56,131 nucleotides of DNA, taken from the NCBI GenBank assembly GCA_964342815.1, contig CAYFHS010000014.1, positions 1 through 56,131 on the forward strand. Direction: 5' to 3'. The position numbers were made by a program, and so were the translations under genes. Positions 26,877-37,015 of the stretch are shown here, in pieces. Position 1 is the first letter of the stretch. The number at the start of each line of letters is the position of its first letter. The notes below the pieces were generated by a model, which was given only the letters and a program-made list of their open reading frames with translations, was not told the origin of the DNA and made no database searches. The DNA is from an uncultured archaeon (GTDB lineage: Archaea > Thermoplasmatota > Penumbrarchaeia > JASLWR01).

Positions 26877-27812
26877 TTAAACCAGGAGAATATCTCTGAA
26901 CTGGTCATATCTGCGCCAAATATCCTCGCGGTCCAGATCGAGAAGCCTCGTGTAGCTCACTGCTTCTATCTTGAAAGATCGGACCACGAGCCCGAAAGCC
27001 AGTGCCTTGAAATATTTATCGTTAAGGAGTTCGGCCATGCAGGCGTTCTTTGCCAGAAAACCCAAGAAAGCTCCAACCAGCACGCCTCCGCAGCCAGTGG
27101 GATCCACATTCTCCATGTCCAACCGGTCATAAGCTATGAATGGATAGACCCGGTCCCCCTGGAAGAGCAGCGCGCCGTGTTCACCTTTTTTCACCACAAG
27201 GACCGAGATTCCCAGATCGAAGAAGACACAGGAAGCCTTCTTCAGCTGTTTTATTCCCGTAAGAGTTCGGACGTCCCTTTCGTCCATGAAAACGATATCG
27301 GACTCCGCGATAACCTTACGAACCAAGTCGGGTTTTTCCCTGATCCAATGCATGTGAGTTGATACTGCTTTTACCTGTTCCGGCCCCAGCTCTTTCAGCA
27401 CTTTCAACTGCATGACAGGATCGTTTCCAGCGATATATACATAGCGGCATTCTCCGATACCTTCAGGTAGGAATACACCTTTTTCCAGAACGTTCAGATT
27501 CACCAGGGTTCCTTCCAGCTCCACAAGTTCCTCGTCATAATTAATGGAAAAACGGGTACTCATTTCCTCATCAAATACTTTAACTCCGGAGGTATCGATC
27601 CCTCTTGAATTCAAATTCTTAAGGAATTCATCAGGATAATCTCCACCGACGTCGGATACAAGAAGCACGTCCGTGAAAAAAATAGCACCCATGGCGGCGT
27701 AACCGGCCGATCCACCGAATGCGTTCCTGATGCCCGTACCGTCATGGAAGTTCACGGTATCAAGGCTTAATGCTCCCACCGCTGCAAATCGGTTCTTCAA
27801 ATCCTTCACCAC
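26877..27812 (-). CDS. PfkB-family paralog lacking the catalytic Asp (predicted pseudokinase)
   Basis: FGGSAGYAA; VKKGEHG; VDPTGCGGVLVGAF, so GCGD becomes GCGG (checked in the DNA: TGC GGA GGC). Confidence 0.8.
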   Translation of the reverse strand: MVKDLKNRFAAVGALSLDTVNFHDGTGIRNAFGGSAGYAAMGAIFFTDVLLVSDVGGDYPDEFLKNLNSRGIDTSGVKVFDEEMSTRFSINYDEELVELEGTLVNLNVLEKGVFLPEGIGECRYVYIAGNDPVMQLKVLKELGPEQVKAVSTHMHWIREKPDLVRKVIAESDIVFMDERDVRTLTGIKQLKKASCVFFDLGISVLVVKKGEHGALLFQGDRVYPFIAYDRLDMENVDPTGCGGVLVGAFLGFLAKNACMAELLNDKYFKALAFGLVVRSFKIEAVSYTRLLDLDREDIWRRYDQFRDILLV

Positions 27813-27825
27813 TTCACCCCTGATC

Positions 27826-28671
27826 TTATTTTGCGGGAAACCAGTATCTTAATTTTCGTTCTTTCTTTTCGAGATCCATTCTTTCGAGAATCTTGAAAGC
27901 CTCGAGACCCGCAATTATACAATTTTTCTCCGCCATCTTTTTGGTATCGGGACCTATGAAAGTCCCCTGAGGTCTGTTTGCGTAAACCGCGCACACGGTT
28001 GAAGCGCGAAATCCCTTAAGCGTCGCGAGGGTGAAAAGCGTAGATGATTCCATCTCGAAGTTAGCTACATTCATCCTAGCCATATCCTCCTGAAGATCAG
28101 GATATCTCAATGGAATTCCTGGTATAGCTCTACCCTGAGCACCATAAAAACCGGATGCGGAAGCCGTTAGACCCATGTGATAAGTAAAATCTTTGGATTC
28201 GCAGGCGGAGAGGAGCGAGAGTACCACTTCGTAATCAGCAACGGCGGGATATCCCTCGTGCACGAAAAAGAGAGAAGTATTTTCGAGCCTGACAGCACCG
28301 GTTGAGATCACTAGATCACCCAGATCCATCTCCTTTTTCAGACCTCCGCAGGATCCCACCCTGATGAAGGTCGGTTCCCGAGTTATCTGAAATATCTCGA
28401 TCATTGCGATCTCCACGTTATCCGTTCCGATACCGGTGGACATGATGGAGACCTCCATACCCTTGTATAGACCGGTAAACGTTACAAACTCCCTGTTCTT
28501 TTGAGATATCCTTATGCCATCGAGAAGTTCTGATGCCTTCACGGCCCTTTCCGGGTCTCCAACCAGGATGACGTACTCGGCCAGTTCACCCGGTGCCAGA
28601 TTGATATGGTACTGCCGACCTGTCTCGTCACTAACCACTTCAGAACTCTGCATAGCTTTTTGCTCAGTCAT
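27826..28671 (-). CDS. udp: Uridine phosphorylase
   Basis: QYHINL..GELAEYVILVGDPER; NREFVTFTG; STGIG; IRVGSCG; NFEMESSTLF. Confidence 0.9.
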   Translation of the reverse strand: MTEQKAMQSSEVVSDETGRQYHINLAPGELAEYVILVGDPERAVKASELLDGIRISQKNREFVTFTGLYKGMEVSIMSTGIGTDNVEIAMIEIFQITREPTFIRVGSCGGLKKEMDLGDLVISTGAVRLENTSLFFVHEGYPAVADYEVVLSLLSACESKDFTYHMGLTASASGFYGAQGRAIPGIPLRYPDLQEDMARMNVANFEMESSTLFTLATLKGFRASTVCAVYANRPQGTFIGPDTKKMAEKNCIIAGLEAFKILERMDLEKKERKLRYWFPAK

Positions 28672-28938
28672 TTTTTCATACCCCTTACCCTCTATCTTCC
28701 AAACTAAGTTTTATTATAATATTATTCAATGGAATTAAATCATATGCAAGTAAATTTTAAATACAAATATCAAAGCCAGTTAAAACTTTGAATCGATTAT
28801 GGAAACGTCCTTATTATATATAAATTCCCTTAAATATAACCCCCATCTTCCGTCGTCTGTATTCGGGTGCGATTATATTTATAATATTGGCTCATTATTG
28901 TTAATAATAAAAGCCAGAACTAAAATCGATAATTATGA

Positions 28939-31398
28939 ATGATTGGTGAAATAATGCAAGGTTTTCACTCGTTTATTCGAAAACAAGGGATTTATTCCTC
29001 TTTTATTTTATCTTTTACTATAATTATATTAATTCAGCAGTCCACAGTCCATGATGCGTTTATTGACAATTTTGAAATATCTTCGGGAGCCGAGATGATA
29101 GGAGAATCCTTCAATATTGTAGAGCAAGAAACTCATGAAACGAAAGATTTTGATAACTTTAAAAACGGCCATTACTATGAGGAATGCGATCAGGACGAGG
29201 GATGCGGACATGACATCAGGGAGGCTGATCTCGAGAACACACTTCTCAATACACAACTTTTACAGAGCTCAGGTACGCGGAATGATCCAGTCGCCCTTGA
29301 TGTTACTTTAAAAGACGGTGGCGGGGACGGTGAGGTCTATGATCTTCGGGATGGGCTGATAATAAGAGGCGATATAGTGACCATGAACGATGATCTGACC
29401 GTTATTGAGAACGGACGGCTCGTCATCCAAGAAAAGATGATCGTGGCCGTGCTTGACTCCGACGACGAGTTACCAAGTGAATTGGACCTCGGAGGCGCGA
29501 AGACCATTGACTCTGATGGTTACATATTCCCCGGTTTAATAAACGGTCATAACCATGTTCATTACAACTGCATGCCGATCTGGGACGCTCCTGGAACCTA
29601 TACCAACAGGTACCAATGGAACTCGGGAGATTCATATAAAAATCACGTAACTTATCCCAACAAAGCTCTCAAGGAGAGCAAATACTACAACGTCTTCGGC
29701 GAGGCCATGAAATACGCAGAAGTAAAGGAGCTGGTCAGCGGCACCACGGCAGTACAAAATTCGAAAATGCAAACCAAAGGTTACGAGAAGATGATGGTCC
29801 GAAACATCGAGTTCCCCAATTACGGCGGTCCAAGAGCACATGCCACGGTTGGTGCAGTGGGTGATTTCGACCAGGATAAAGCCGATGGTTATATAAGCAA
29901 TTTCGAAAGCGGAACGTACAATGCTATGTTCCTCCATATTGCAGAGGGACTGGATGAAAAATCCAGGGCCGAGTTCGACGATCTGAAGGACCTGGGATTG
30001 GCCCGAAAGGAGATGATAGTTATCCATGGGGCCGCACTTGGGGAGAACGAACTGGACTATATGGGCAAGCAAAACATGTCAATGGTCTGGTCCCCTGTGA
30101 GCAATCTGATACTGTACGGGGGTACCGCAGATATCCCCACGGCATTGGACGAGGGTGTTAATGTTTGTCTCGGTACGGACTGGAGCCCATCCGGAGGAAA
30201 AAACCTTCTCATGGAGCTGAAGATCGCAGATCAATATGATAATAAATATTTCGGGAACGTAATAGCGGACTCCGATCTGGTCAGAATGGTCACCAGCAAT
30301 CCTGCTGACGCATTATCTTGGTCGAGTTATTCCGGGAGGATAAATGAAGGCCTATATGCGGATATCGCGGTTTACAACAAAGTGGATGACGACCCATACC
30401 GGAGCCTCATCGACTCCACCGAAGTGGATGTGCAGCTGGTGGTCATAGGCGGGGACCCGATCTACGGTACCGTTGAATACATGGAAGCGCTTAAGCCTGA
30501 CGATCACGAGGTAATCGAAACTCCCTTCGGATTCAGCAAGGCCATCGATGTGACAAAGGAAAAGGATGAGGAGGGTTCCAATATATTCATGGGTTACCAG
30601 AAACTGTCGGAGATGGCGGTAATACTCGAATATTGTCTCGAGTTCGATATGGAATATATGGAGGAGAACTTCAGGGGGGATTGGGTGGATGATGGTATCA
30701 GTTTCGAGGAATATGTCGATAAGGAATTTTCCAAAGGAGTTGTTCCCATCAGGCTTGACCCTATCTATCACTGTGTGGACCAATATTTTTTTGATGCTAT
30801 GAAAAACATCAACTACGGTGATTTCGAGTTCGGGGTACAGGAGAAATACTACAAATTCATGATAGACGGTACCAAAGTTGACGATCCCGGGGGTGGAAAT
30901 GTTACTCCGGGGAACGGCTATGTTGATCCAAACAGCTCGATTTCAATAACTGAGGTCCGAATATCTCCCGCGCTACCTGTTGCAGGTAAAAATATTACGG
31001 TCCACGCCAAGGTAAAATCGAACCTTACCGTGAGTACGGTCAGAGTCCATTACAGGCTCTCGAACGGGCCCGAGGCCAAGAAGGAGATGATGGTGGTCGG
31101 TGAAGAATATTCTACGAATATTGGTTCGTTCCCTAAGGATTCTTTATTGACTTATTTTATAAACGTGACTGATCATACGGGATATAACGCTTCAACGAAA
31201 GAATTCTCGATCAAGATACAGGGTGGAGGAAGCGGCGACGACGATAATGATAACGGGGGGCCTTCCGATCCTGAAGTTAGCGGTATAGGGAAGAACACCA
31301 CCCTAATCATTATTATCGCGGTGCTGTTTACCGTGCTCCTCGTGGTAATTATAGCACTTTTGATAGTTGTTAAAAGAAAACGTAAGGAAAACCAGTGA
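28939..31398 (+). CDS. Exported, C-terminally anchored metal-dependent amidohydrolase (nucleoside-deaminase-like) with an Ig-like domain
   Basis: N-terminal hydrophobic segment; FPGLINGHNH, FLHIAEG, VIHG, LGTDWSPSG; C-terminal TM LIIIIAVLFTVLLVVIIALLIVV followed by KRKRK. Confidence 0.8.
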   Translation: MIGEIMQGFHSFIRKQGIYSSFILSFTIIILIQQSTVHDAFIDNFEISSGAEMIGESFNIVEQETHETKDFDNFKNGHYYEECDQDEGCGHDIREADLENTLLNTQLLQSSGTRNDPVALDVTLKDGGGDGEVYDLRDGLIIRGDIVTMNDDLTVIENGRLVIQEKMIVAVLDSDDELPSELDLGGAKTIDSDGYIFPGLINGHNHVHYNCMPIWDAPGTYTNRYQWNSGDSYKNHVTYPNKALKESKYYNVFGEAMKYAEVKELVSGTTAVQNSKMQTKGYEKMMVRNIEFPNYGGPRAHATVGAVGDFDQDKADGYISNFESGTYNAMFLHIAEGLDEKSRAEFDDLKDLGLARKEMIVIHGAALGENELDYMGKQNMSMVWSPVSNLILYGGTADIPTALDEGVNVCLGTDWSPSGGKNLLMELKIADQYDNKYFGNVIADSDLVRMVTSNPADALSWSSYSGRINEGLYADIAVYNKVDDDPYRSLIDSTEVDVQLVVIGGDPIYGTVEYMEALKPDDHEVIETPFGFSKAIDVTKEKDEEGSNIFMGYQKLSEMAVILEYCLEFDMEYMEENFRGDWVDDGISFEEYVDKEFSKGVVPIRLDPIYHCVDQYFFDAMKNINYGDFEFGVQEKYYKFMIDGTKVDDPGGGNVTPGNGYVDPNSSISITEVRISPALPVAGKNITVHAKVKSNLTVSTVRVHYRLSNGPEAKKEMMVVGEEYSTNIGSFPKDSLLTYFINVTDHTGYNASTKEFSIKIQGGGSGDDDNDNGGPSDPEVSGIGKNTTLIIIIAVLFTVLLVVIIALLIVVKRKRKENQ

Positions 31399-31410
31399 CA
31401 ATCACAATTA

Positions 31411-32019
31411 TCAATATCCTTTCGCAGCTATTTTTTTCTTAACGAAGCGATTACCGGCATCAAATGCCTTGAGGTTCACCCTGATGATATTCCGCGGTAA
31501 TACTCTTTCTATGGTGGTGTCGAACTGCTCTTTTACGAAAGGAAGAACACCCAAGGCAAAGATTCCTCCTACCAGAACCATATTGGCGGTGATCTCGTTC
31601 CCCGCTCCCCTTGCAAGTTCATTGGCGTCGAGAAATACAGCCCGCCGTGTAAATCCTTCAATTTTTTCGATAATTTCCTCCATTGAGGGATACTTTTCCT
31701 GGCCCAGCGATACTGTGAAAGGATATATCCGGGCGGTATTCACGATAAAAAATGTATTTTCGTTTGCAATCCTAAGGCTCCGCACAGCTTCCACGGGTTC
31801 GAATGCGGTCACCACATCAGCCTCGCCTTCGGGGATCAGAGGTGAGAATACGTCACCGTACCTGACATTGCAGGTCACAACACCCCCACGTTGGGCCATA
31901 CCATGGGTCTCGTTCACGAGAACGTTCACCCCATTTTCCACGGCTACCTTTCCCAATACCTGTGCCGCAGTGAGGATGCCCTGGCCGCCAACGCCTGCAA
32001 GATAAATATTGATCTTCAT
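31411..32019 (-). CDS. iorB: Indolepyruvate:ferredoxin oxidoreductase beta subunit
   Basis: AGVGGQGILT, ETHGMAQRGGVV and ANMVLVG. Start set at ATG 32019 with GGAGG upstream. Confidence 0.93.
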   Translation of the reverse strand: MKINIYLAGVGGQGILTAAQVLGKVAVENGVNVLVNETHGMAQRGGVVTCNVRYGDVFSPLIPEGEADVVTAFEPVEAVRSLRIANENTFFIVNTARIYPFTVSLGQEKYPSMEEIIEKIEGFTRRAVFLDANELARGAGNEITANMVLVGGIFALGVLPFVKEQFDTTIERVLPRNIIRVNLKAFDAGNRFVKKKIAAKGY

Positions 32020-32021
32020 GA

Positions 32022-33902
32022 TTAGACCTCCTCTTTCAGGGAAATGGCTCCGAAAGAACAAATCTGATCGCATACCCCACAGCCCGAACACATTGAAAGG
32101 TTGATATGAACCTCGTCATTCCTGATATAGAAGGCCGGACATGCCAAGGTGTTGATGCATTTCATGCATTTTGTGCATTTTTCATGGTCCACAATATACG
32201 GCACTACCTTCTGACCGTTTGCTTTCATCTCCCTCAGTTTCAGCAAGGTGCAGGGCTCTTTCGCTATGATCACGGATACGCTTTGGTGTTCCATGGCTCT
32301 CCTGAAAACCTCCTCGGTCTTAGCAAGTTCCAGGGGATTTACTTCTTCAATGAATGAGACCCCAAGGGCCTTTACGATTCGTTTAATATCCACTGAGGGT
32401 ACTGCATCATCGAAGGAATTTCTCGGCAATCCTGGATGAGGCTGATGACCGGTCATTGCGGTGGTGGAATTATCCAAAACGACATAGACGAAACGGTGAT
32501 TGTGATGGATTGCGTTTATGAGACCGGGCAGACCGGAATGGAAGAAAGTGGAATCGCCAACAAATGCAATGATAGGCTGCTCCGTTGCCTCGGAAAAACC
32601 GCATGCGAGGCCGGAACTGGCTCCCATGCAGACCCAGACATCCGCTGCCCTCAACGGAGGTAATAGGCCCAATGAATAGCAGCCGATATCACTCGAATAT
32701 ATTCCATAATCCTTGTTAATTTTCCGTGATACAAAGAACGACGCTCTGTGGGGACAGCCCGGGCAGAGTGTGGGGGGTCGACGCGGAAGTGCTATATCCC
32801 CGACATCCGGCCCCCTACGGTTATTTATTTCAAATTCGAGGGCCAGAGCCGATGCGATTCCCTTTCTCACTATATTTATCGTATACTCGAAGATGCGGGG
32901 AAAATGGCCTCCACGTTTGCCAAGGATCGGAATTTGAAGATCACTGTCCTTCGCGATGATCTTTACCTGTTCCTCGAGATACGGCTCCACCTCTTCCACG
33001 ATGATGACCTTGTCGCAGCTTTTTAAAAAATTGGAAATGAGTGTGCTCGGAAGAGGATTGGTCATGCCTATTTTCATTACACTTGCACTGATTTTTAGAG
33101 AATCCAGAGCCTCCATAACATGTCCATAAGATACACCGGATGTGATTATTCCAATCTTTTCTCCTCTATCGACAACGGATATATCTTCAACCGTAGTAAA
33201 AGGGCATTTCTCGGAAATGACACGGGCCTTCTCTATTACGTTTAAAACCCTGGTATGAGCCTCCCAAGCGAGAGCAGGTACTTTGGTAAAGCGGTATTTC
33301 TCTTTTACGAACTCCGTCTTTCGATGATTTTCTCTGATATCTATTTTTTTTAAGTCCAGAACACCTCTCGTATGACATATCCTTGTTGTGGTCCGGAGCA
33401 TGACCGGCTGTTCGAGCTTGGCAGATATATCAAGACCGTAACTGGTCATTTCCTTTGCTTCGTTGGGACTGGACGGCTCCAACATCGGAAGATTGGCGAA
33501 CCGTGCGAAAATGCGGTTGTCCTGCTCGTTCTGGGATGAATGACACGACGGATCGTCAGCGGATACTATTACATGCGCGCCACGATGACCGATGTAACAA
33601 TAGGTCATAAGGGCATCCGCAGCAACATTGAGGCCAACCTGTTTCATAAATGTCATACAACGGAGACCACTCATTGCAGCTCCGATGGCAACCTCGAGGG
33701 CTACTTTCTCGTTCACAGACCATTCGAAATAGACCCCTACCTTCTGGGCGATCTTGGCAAAAGTTTCACCGATCTCGGTTGATGGTGTGCCCGGGTAAGC
33801 AGTGACCACATCCACCCCGCCTTCGAGAGCCCCCCTTGCAATGGCTTCATTCCCCAGGGCGAGTATCTTTTTACCTACCACCTTGGAGATGATATCATCC
33901 AT
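32022..33902 (-). CDS. iorA: Indolepyruvate:ferredoxin oxidoreductase alpha subunit
   Basis: LGNEAIARGA, YPGTPSTEI, NEKVALE, RPPTLCPGCPHR, DIGCY, GDSTFFHSG and C-terminal ferredoxin Cys motifs. Confidence 0.95.
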   Translation of the reverse strand: MDDIISKVVGKKILALGNEAIARGALEGGVDVVTAYPGTPSTEIGETFAKIAQKVGVYFEWSVNEKVALEVAIGAAMSGLRCMTFMKQVGLNVAADALMTYCYIGHRGAHVIVSADDPSCHSSQNEQDNRIFARFANLPMLEPSSPNEAKEMTSYGLDISAKLEQPVMLRTTTRICHTRGVLDLKKIDIRENHRKTEFVKEKYRFTKVPALAWEAHTRVLNVIEKARVISEKCPFTTVEDISVVDRGEKIGIITSGVSYGHVMEALDSLKISASVMKIGMTNPLPSTLISNFLKSCDKVIIVEEVEPYLEEQVKIIAKDSDLQIPILGKRGGHFPRIFEYTINIVRKGIASALALEFEINNRRGPDVGDIALPRRPPTLCPGCPHRASFFVSRKINKDYGIYSSDIGCYSLGLLPPLRAADVWVCMGASSGLACGFSEATEQPIIAFVGDSTFFHSGLPGLINAIHHNHRFVYVVLDNSTTAMTGHQPHPGLPRNSFDDAVPSVDIKRIVKALGVSFIEEVNPLELAKTEEVFRRAMEHQSVSVIIAKEPCTLLKLREMKANGQKVVPYIVDHEKCTKCMKCINTLACPAFYIRNDEVHINLSMCSGCGVCDQICSFGAISLKEEV

Positions 33903-34056
33903 AAGAACACCTATTTACTTTCAACAAGATATTGCCCGGGTGAGCATCCAGAATCAGTGAGAAACCTGATATTCGATATACTATATGGATTTTTCTTTGT
34001 GTAAGGCAAAGACTTGTCTAAGCTACGGTCATTGAAAAAAATTCTTTATTGCAATC

Positions 34057-34368
34057 GACAAATGTCCAATTCAATCTCCGACAAATGTCCAATCCAATCT
34101 CCGACAATTGTCCAATTCAATCTCCGACAATTGTCCAATTCAATCTCCGACAAATGTCCAATCCAATCTCCGACAAATGTCCAATCCAATCTCCGACAAA
34201 TGTCCAATCCAATCTCCGACAAATGTTCAATCCAATCTCCGACAAATGTCCAATCCAATCTCCGACAATTGTCCAATCCAATCTCCGACAAATGTCCAAT
34301 TCAATCTCCGACAAATGTCCAATCCAATCTCCGACAAATGTCCAATCCAATCTCCGACAAATGTTCAA
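34057..34368. repeat. Intergenic tandem array: 13 full copies plus one partial copy of a 23-bp unit GACAA(A/T)TGT(C/T)CAAT(C/T)CAATCTCC
   Basis: Units start at 34057 and every 23 bp thereafter; the partial last unit starts at 34356. Confidence 0.95.
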
Positions 34369-34472
34369 GATTAACATTAACAAACGGTCTAAATAACTCA
34401 TGCAAATGTCAACGATTAATCCCAACAAATGCTACTCATTACCCTCGACAGATTCATTCCCATGATCGAAAA

Positions 34473-35114
34473 TCAAGCACGTCGAAGCTTGGAATGACGT
34501 TTTTCAAGTATACTGGAAGATCCTTGCTTTTCAAGTATCTTGTCGAATTCTTCAAGAGAAAGGCCAGCGATTTCAGCAGCACGCCCCTTGTCATGCCTTC
34601 CTTCACTGAAGGTTCTAACCGCAACCTTGATTCTGATATCCTGGGCATCGTGAAGGAACTGGCTGATACCCGTCTTTACTCCCTTTTGGCTCTCGAGGCC
34701 GGTCAATCGCTCCAGTTCGCCCCGGTCGAGATAGACCCCGGTGCATACGGGGCAAATATCGATCTCGACACCACGGTGAACCTTTGTCTGCAGGTGCACC
34801 TTGCATTTGGGACATATAATTATACGACCAGCGTTGTAATCGAGACCTGCCAACTCCATGAGCTCGCCGCCATCCAGCCATATGGAGGAACATTTTGGGC
34901 AGATATCTATCTCCACTCCCCGGACCATCTTCGTCTGCATAGTGATATCGCATTTGTAGCATGAAAGTAGGCGGCCCGCCCCAATATCAAAACCGGTCAA
35001 TTCTTTCAACTCCCCACCGTCCAGCCATATACCTCCGCAGCCGGGACAGACGTCTATCTCAACATTTTCCACATCCTTGTATATCATTTCATCTTTGCAC
35101 ACTATGCATTTCAT
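34473..35114 (-). CDS. Protein with three tandem zf-TFIIB-type Zn ribbons and a C-terminal UPF0175-like helical/HTH domain
   Basis: Three copies of CxxC...VEIDxCPxCxx(I/V)(W/Y)LDxGEL, then AVRTFSEGRHDKGRAAEIAGLSLEEF. Start set at ATG 35114. Confidence 0.78.
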   Translation of the reverse strand: MKCIVCKDEMIYKDVENVEIDVCPGCGGIWLDGGELKELTGFDIGAGRLLSCYKCDITMQTKMVRGVEIDICPKCSSIWLDGGELMELAGLDYNAGRIIICPKCKVHLQTKVHRGVEIDICPVCTGVYLDRGELERLTGLESQKGVKTGISQFLHDAQDIRIKVAVRTFSEGRHDKGRAAEIAGLSLEEFDKILEKQGSSSILEKRHSKLRRA

Positions 35115-35144
35115 GCTGATCCCCATTATTTCTTTTTTATTGGT

Positions 35145-36974
35145 CTATTCGATCTCCTGATAGTATTCGTGAGATATTTCAAGAGTGAATGAGTTGCCGC
35201 TGTCAATGAATCCGATTGGTCCAAATCTCGGAGCTTCGTGGTTCCCAGATTCAACCGTAATATTGATATTCCACGCTCCGGTACCCTCCAAAGAAGGATT
35301 CTCTTCATATGGTACTGCCACCTTGAACTCTATCAACCCCTGCTGACCGTATGTATTAGCTCCAGTTTCCGTTTCAGATATCCCACCGGGACTCGAAACA
35401 TCAATGGTGAAAGTATCCGGTTCGTTCTTGTGCCTGAAAGTAGCATCGGCTTCGTCACTCCAGGTCAGTTTAAAACTGACGTTAACTACATTTTCGTTCT
35501 CTATAGTTTGAGTGATTTGGGAAGTCTGACCAGTACCAGTATAATCGTTCATAGAGGTTATTTCGCTGTTCATTAGCTCCATGGTCGTCAGATCCACTAC
35601 ATTCGATTCGTCTTCCCTGCCAATAATCTGATCAGCCACTACCGTAGGGTCCATTGTGCCGAATGCGGCGCCGAATCCCATGACCAGGCCGCTGAATAGC
35701 ACGCAGGCAACACCAAGCGTAAATATCGTTTTACCCCAGGATATGCTGCTGTCGTCACGACGGAATCTTCTTGCGCGAGGTCCTTTCCAATCCGATATTA
35801 TCGGTATCTTGAAACCCAGGGAACCGGAAGGCCGGTCCTTCTTCCAGAAGACCCTGTAGAAAACGTAGAGTAATGCAAGATTAATTGTGATAGCGAATAG
35901 TGAAGCGATGAAGAATATACCCCACGCCACGTGAATAGAGCTTTCATATGACGCGTCATATTTCGCAGTTATGTATATTGCAGATAGCATCCAGTCGAAA
36001 AGACCGTGGTATATCATCACCGCCGGAAGGTTGCGTGACCAATGATAATAGATGGATAAGAAGAAAGACATAGGAACGAGATAAACAAAATAATAAAAGC
36101 CCTGCCAGAAGGCAAGGTGATGGATGAATACGAAGATAGGAATGTGCGCCGCCGCAAATATCAAAGCCGTTATCAGAATTGATTTCCAGGGGGACTGAAC
36201 CCTCATTAATTGGTCCTGGAGGAATCCCCTTGCCTCGTATTCTTCGGCGAAACCGGTGGACACCACGAACATCAACCACAGAAGAATGAATTTCACAGTG
36301 CCCATATAACGCCATCCCGGGATAAGAGAAACCGAACCCGCCTCCATTACACCGAACATGCGGAAAAAGATGACCTGCATTATGTACAAGAGGAATATGA
36401 AGGCGGACACGAGCACGAGGGCAGATATTATCCCGCTTGCCATGTTTTTCCGGTGGAACCTGACCGGGGCCCGCTTCTCCCTGAATAACAGGCGCCAGCC
36501 AATCACGAGTGGAACAACTGTGAGAAGGGGTTTCATCACCGTGTCGAATGCCATTGAAACGTTGCTATCTAAATAGTATGTACTGAAAAAGCGGAATAGG
36601 ACCACGTGAAGTGAAAAGATAAGAAGGAGCAAATTCACTATGAACGATGGATAGAAAACAAGCTTCCACACGATACTAGACCTGACGTGTTGAATTATTG
36701 TACGTCGCAAAAAAATAATGCATACCAAAAAGAGGGCCGTTATTATGCACGTAATCCAATGGAGGAAAGAAAATATTGGCTCACCGGAAATTAAACGACC
36801 ACCTATGAACCTGTAAATGGTCCATATGCCTACGCATACCGCAAGTGTCAGCAGTACCTTTCCGACGAAATTATTTTTATCTGCAATAGGGTTCTCACCC
36901 GCAGGTGGTATTCCGCCCCATTTTACTGCATCTTCCCTCTGCCCTGCCGATTCCATCATCTCACTTTCACTCAC
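35145..36974 (-). CDS. CPBP/Abi (CAAX-protease-like) intramembrane metalloprotease with a C-terminal soluble domain
   Basis: Many TM helices; FAEEYEARGF, FAAAHIP and IYHGLFD; hydrophilic beta-rich C-terminus of ~165 aa. Confidence 0.82.
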   Translation of the reverse strand: MSESEMMESAGQREDAVKWGGIPPAGENPIADKNNFVGKVLLTLAVCVGIWTIYRFIGGRLISGEPIFSFLHWITCIITALFLVCIIFLRRTIIQHVRSSIVWKLVFYPSFIVNLLLLIFSLHVVLFRFFSTYYLDSNVSMAFDTVMKPLLTVVPLVIGWRLLFREKRAPVRFHRKNMASGIISALVLVSAFIFLLYIMQVIFFRMFGVMEAGSVSLIPGWRYMGTVKFILLWLMFVVSTGFAEEYEARGFLQDQLMRVQSPWKSILITALIFAAAHIPIFVFIHHLAFWQGFYYFVYLVPMSFFLSIYYHWSRNLPAVMIYHGLFDWMLSAIYITAKYDASYESSIHVAWGIFFIASLFAITINLALLYVFYRVFWKKDRPSGSLGFKIPIISDWKGPRARRFRRDDSSISWGKTIFTLGVACVLFSGLVMGFGAAFGTMDPTVVADQIIGREDESNVVDLTTMELMNSEITSMNDYTGTGQTSQITQTIENENVVNVSFKLTWSDEADATFRHKNEPDTFTIDVSSPGGISETETGANTYGQQGLIEFKVAVPYEENPSLEGTGAWNINITVESGNHEAPRFGPIGFIDSGNSFTLEISHEYYQEIE

Positions 36975-37015
36975 AACAATCCCTCATCTACTTCAATATT
37001 GGTTGATATTTACTA

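Noticed and set aside
34057-34368. CRISPR array
   Set aside because: Units are contiguous 23-mers with no unique spacers, and no cas genes are present.
34014-34964. 316-aa + strand ORF and the other ORFs crossing array 1
   Set aside because: They are open because the repeat lacks stops; the remainder is the antisense shadow of the Zn-ribbon gene. No start context or family motif.
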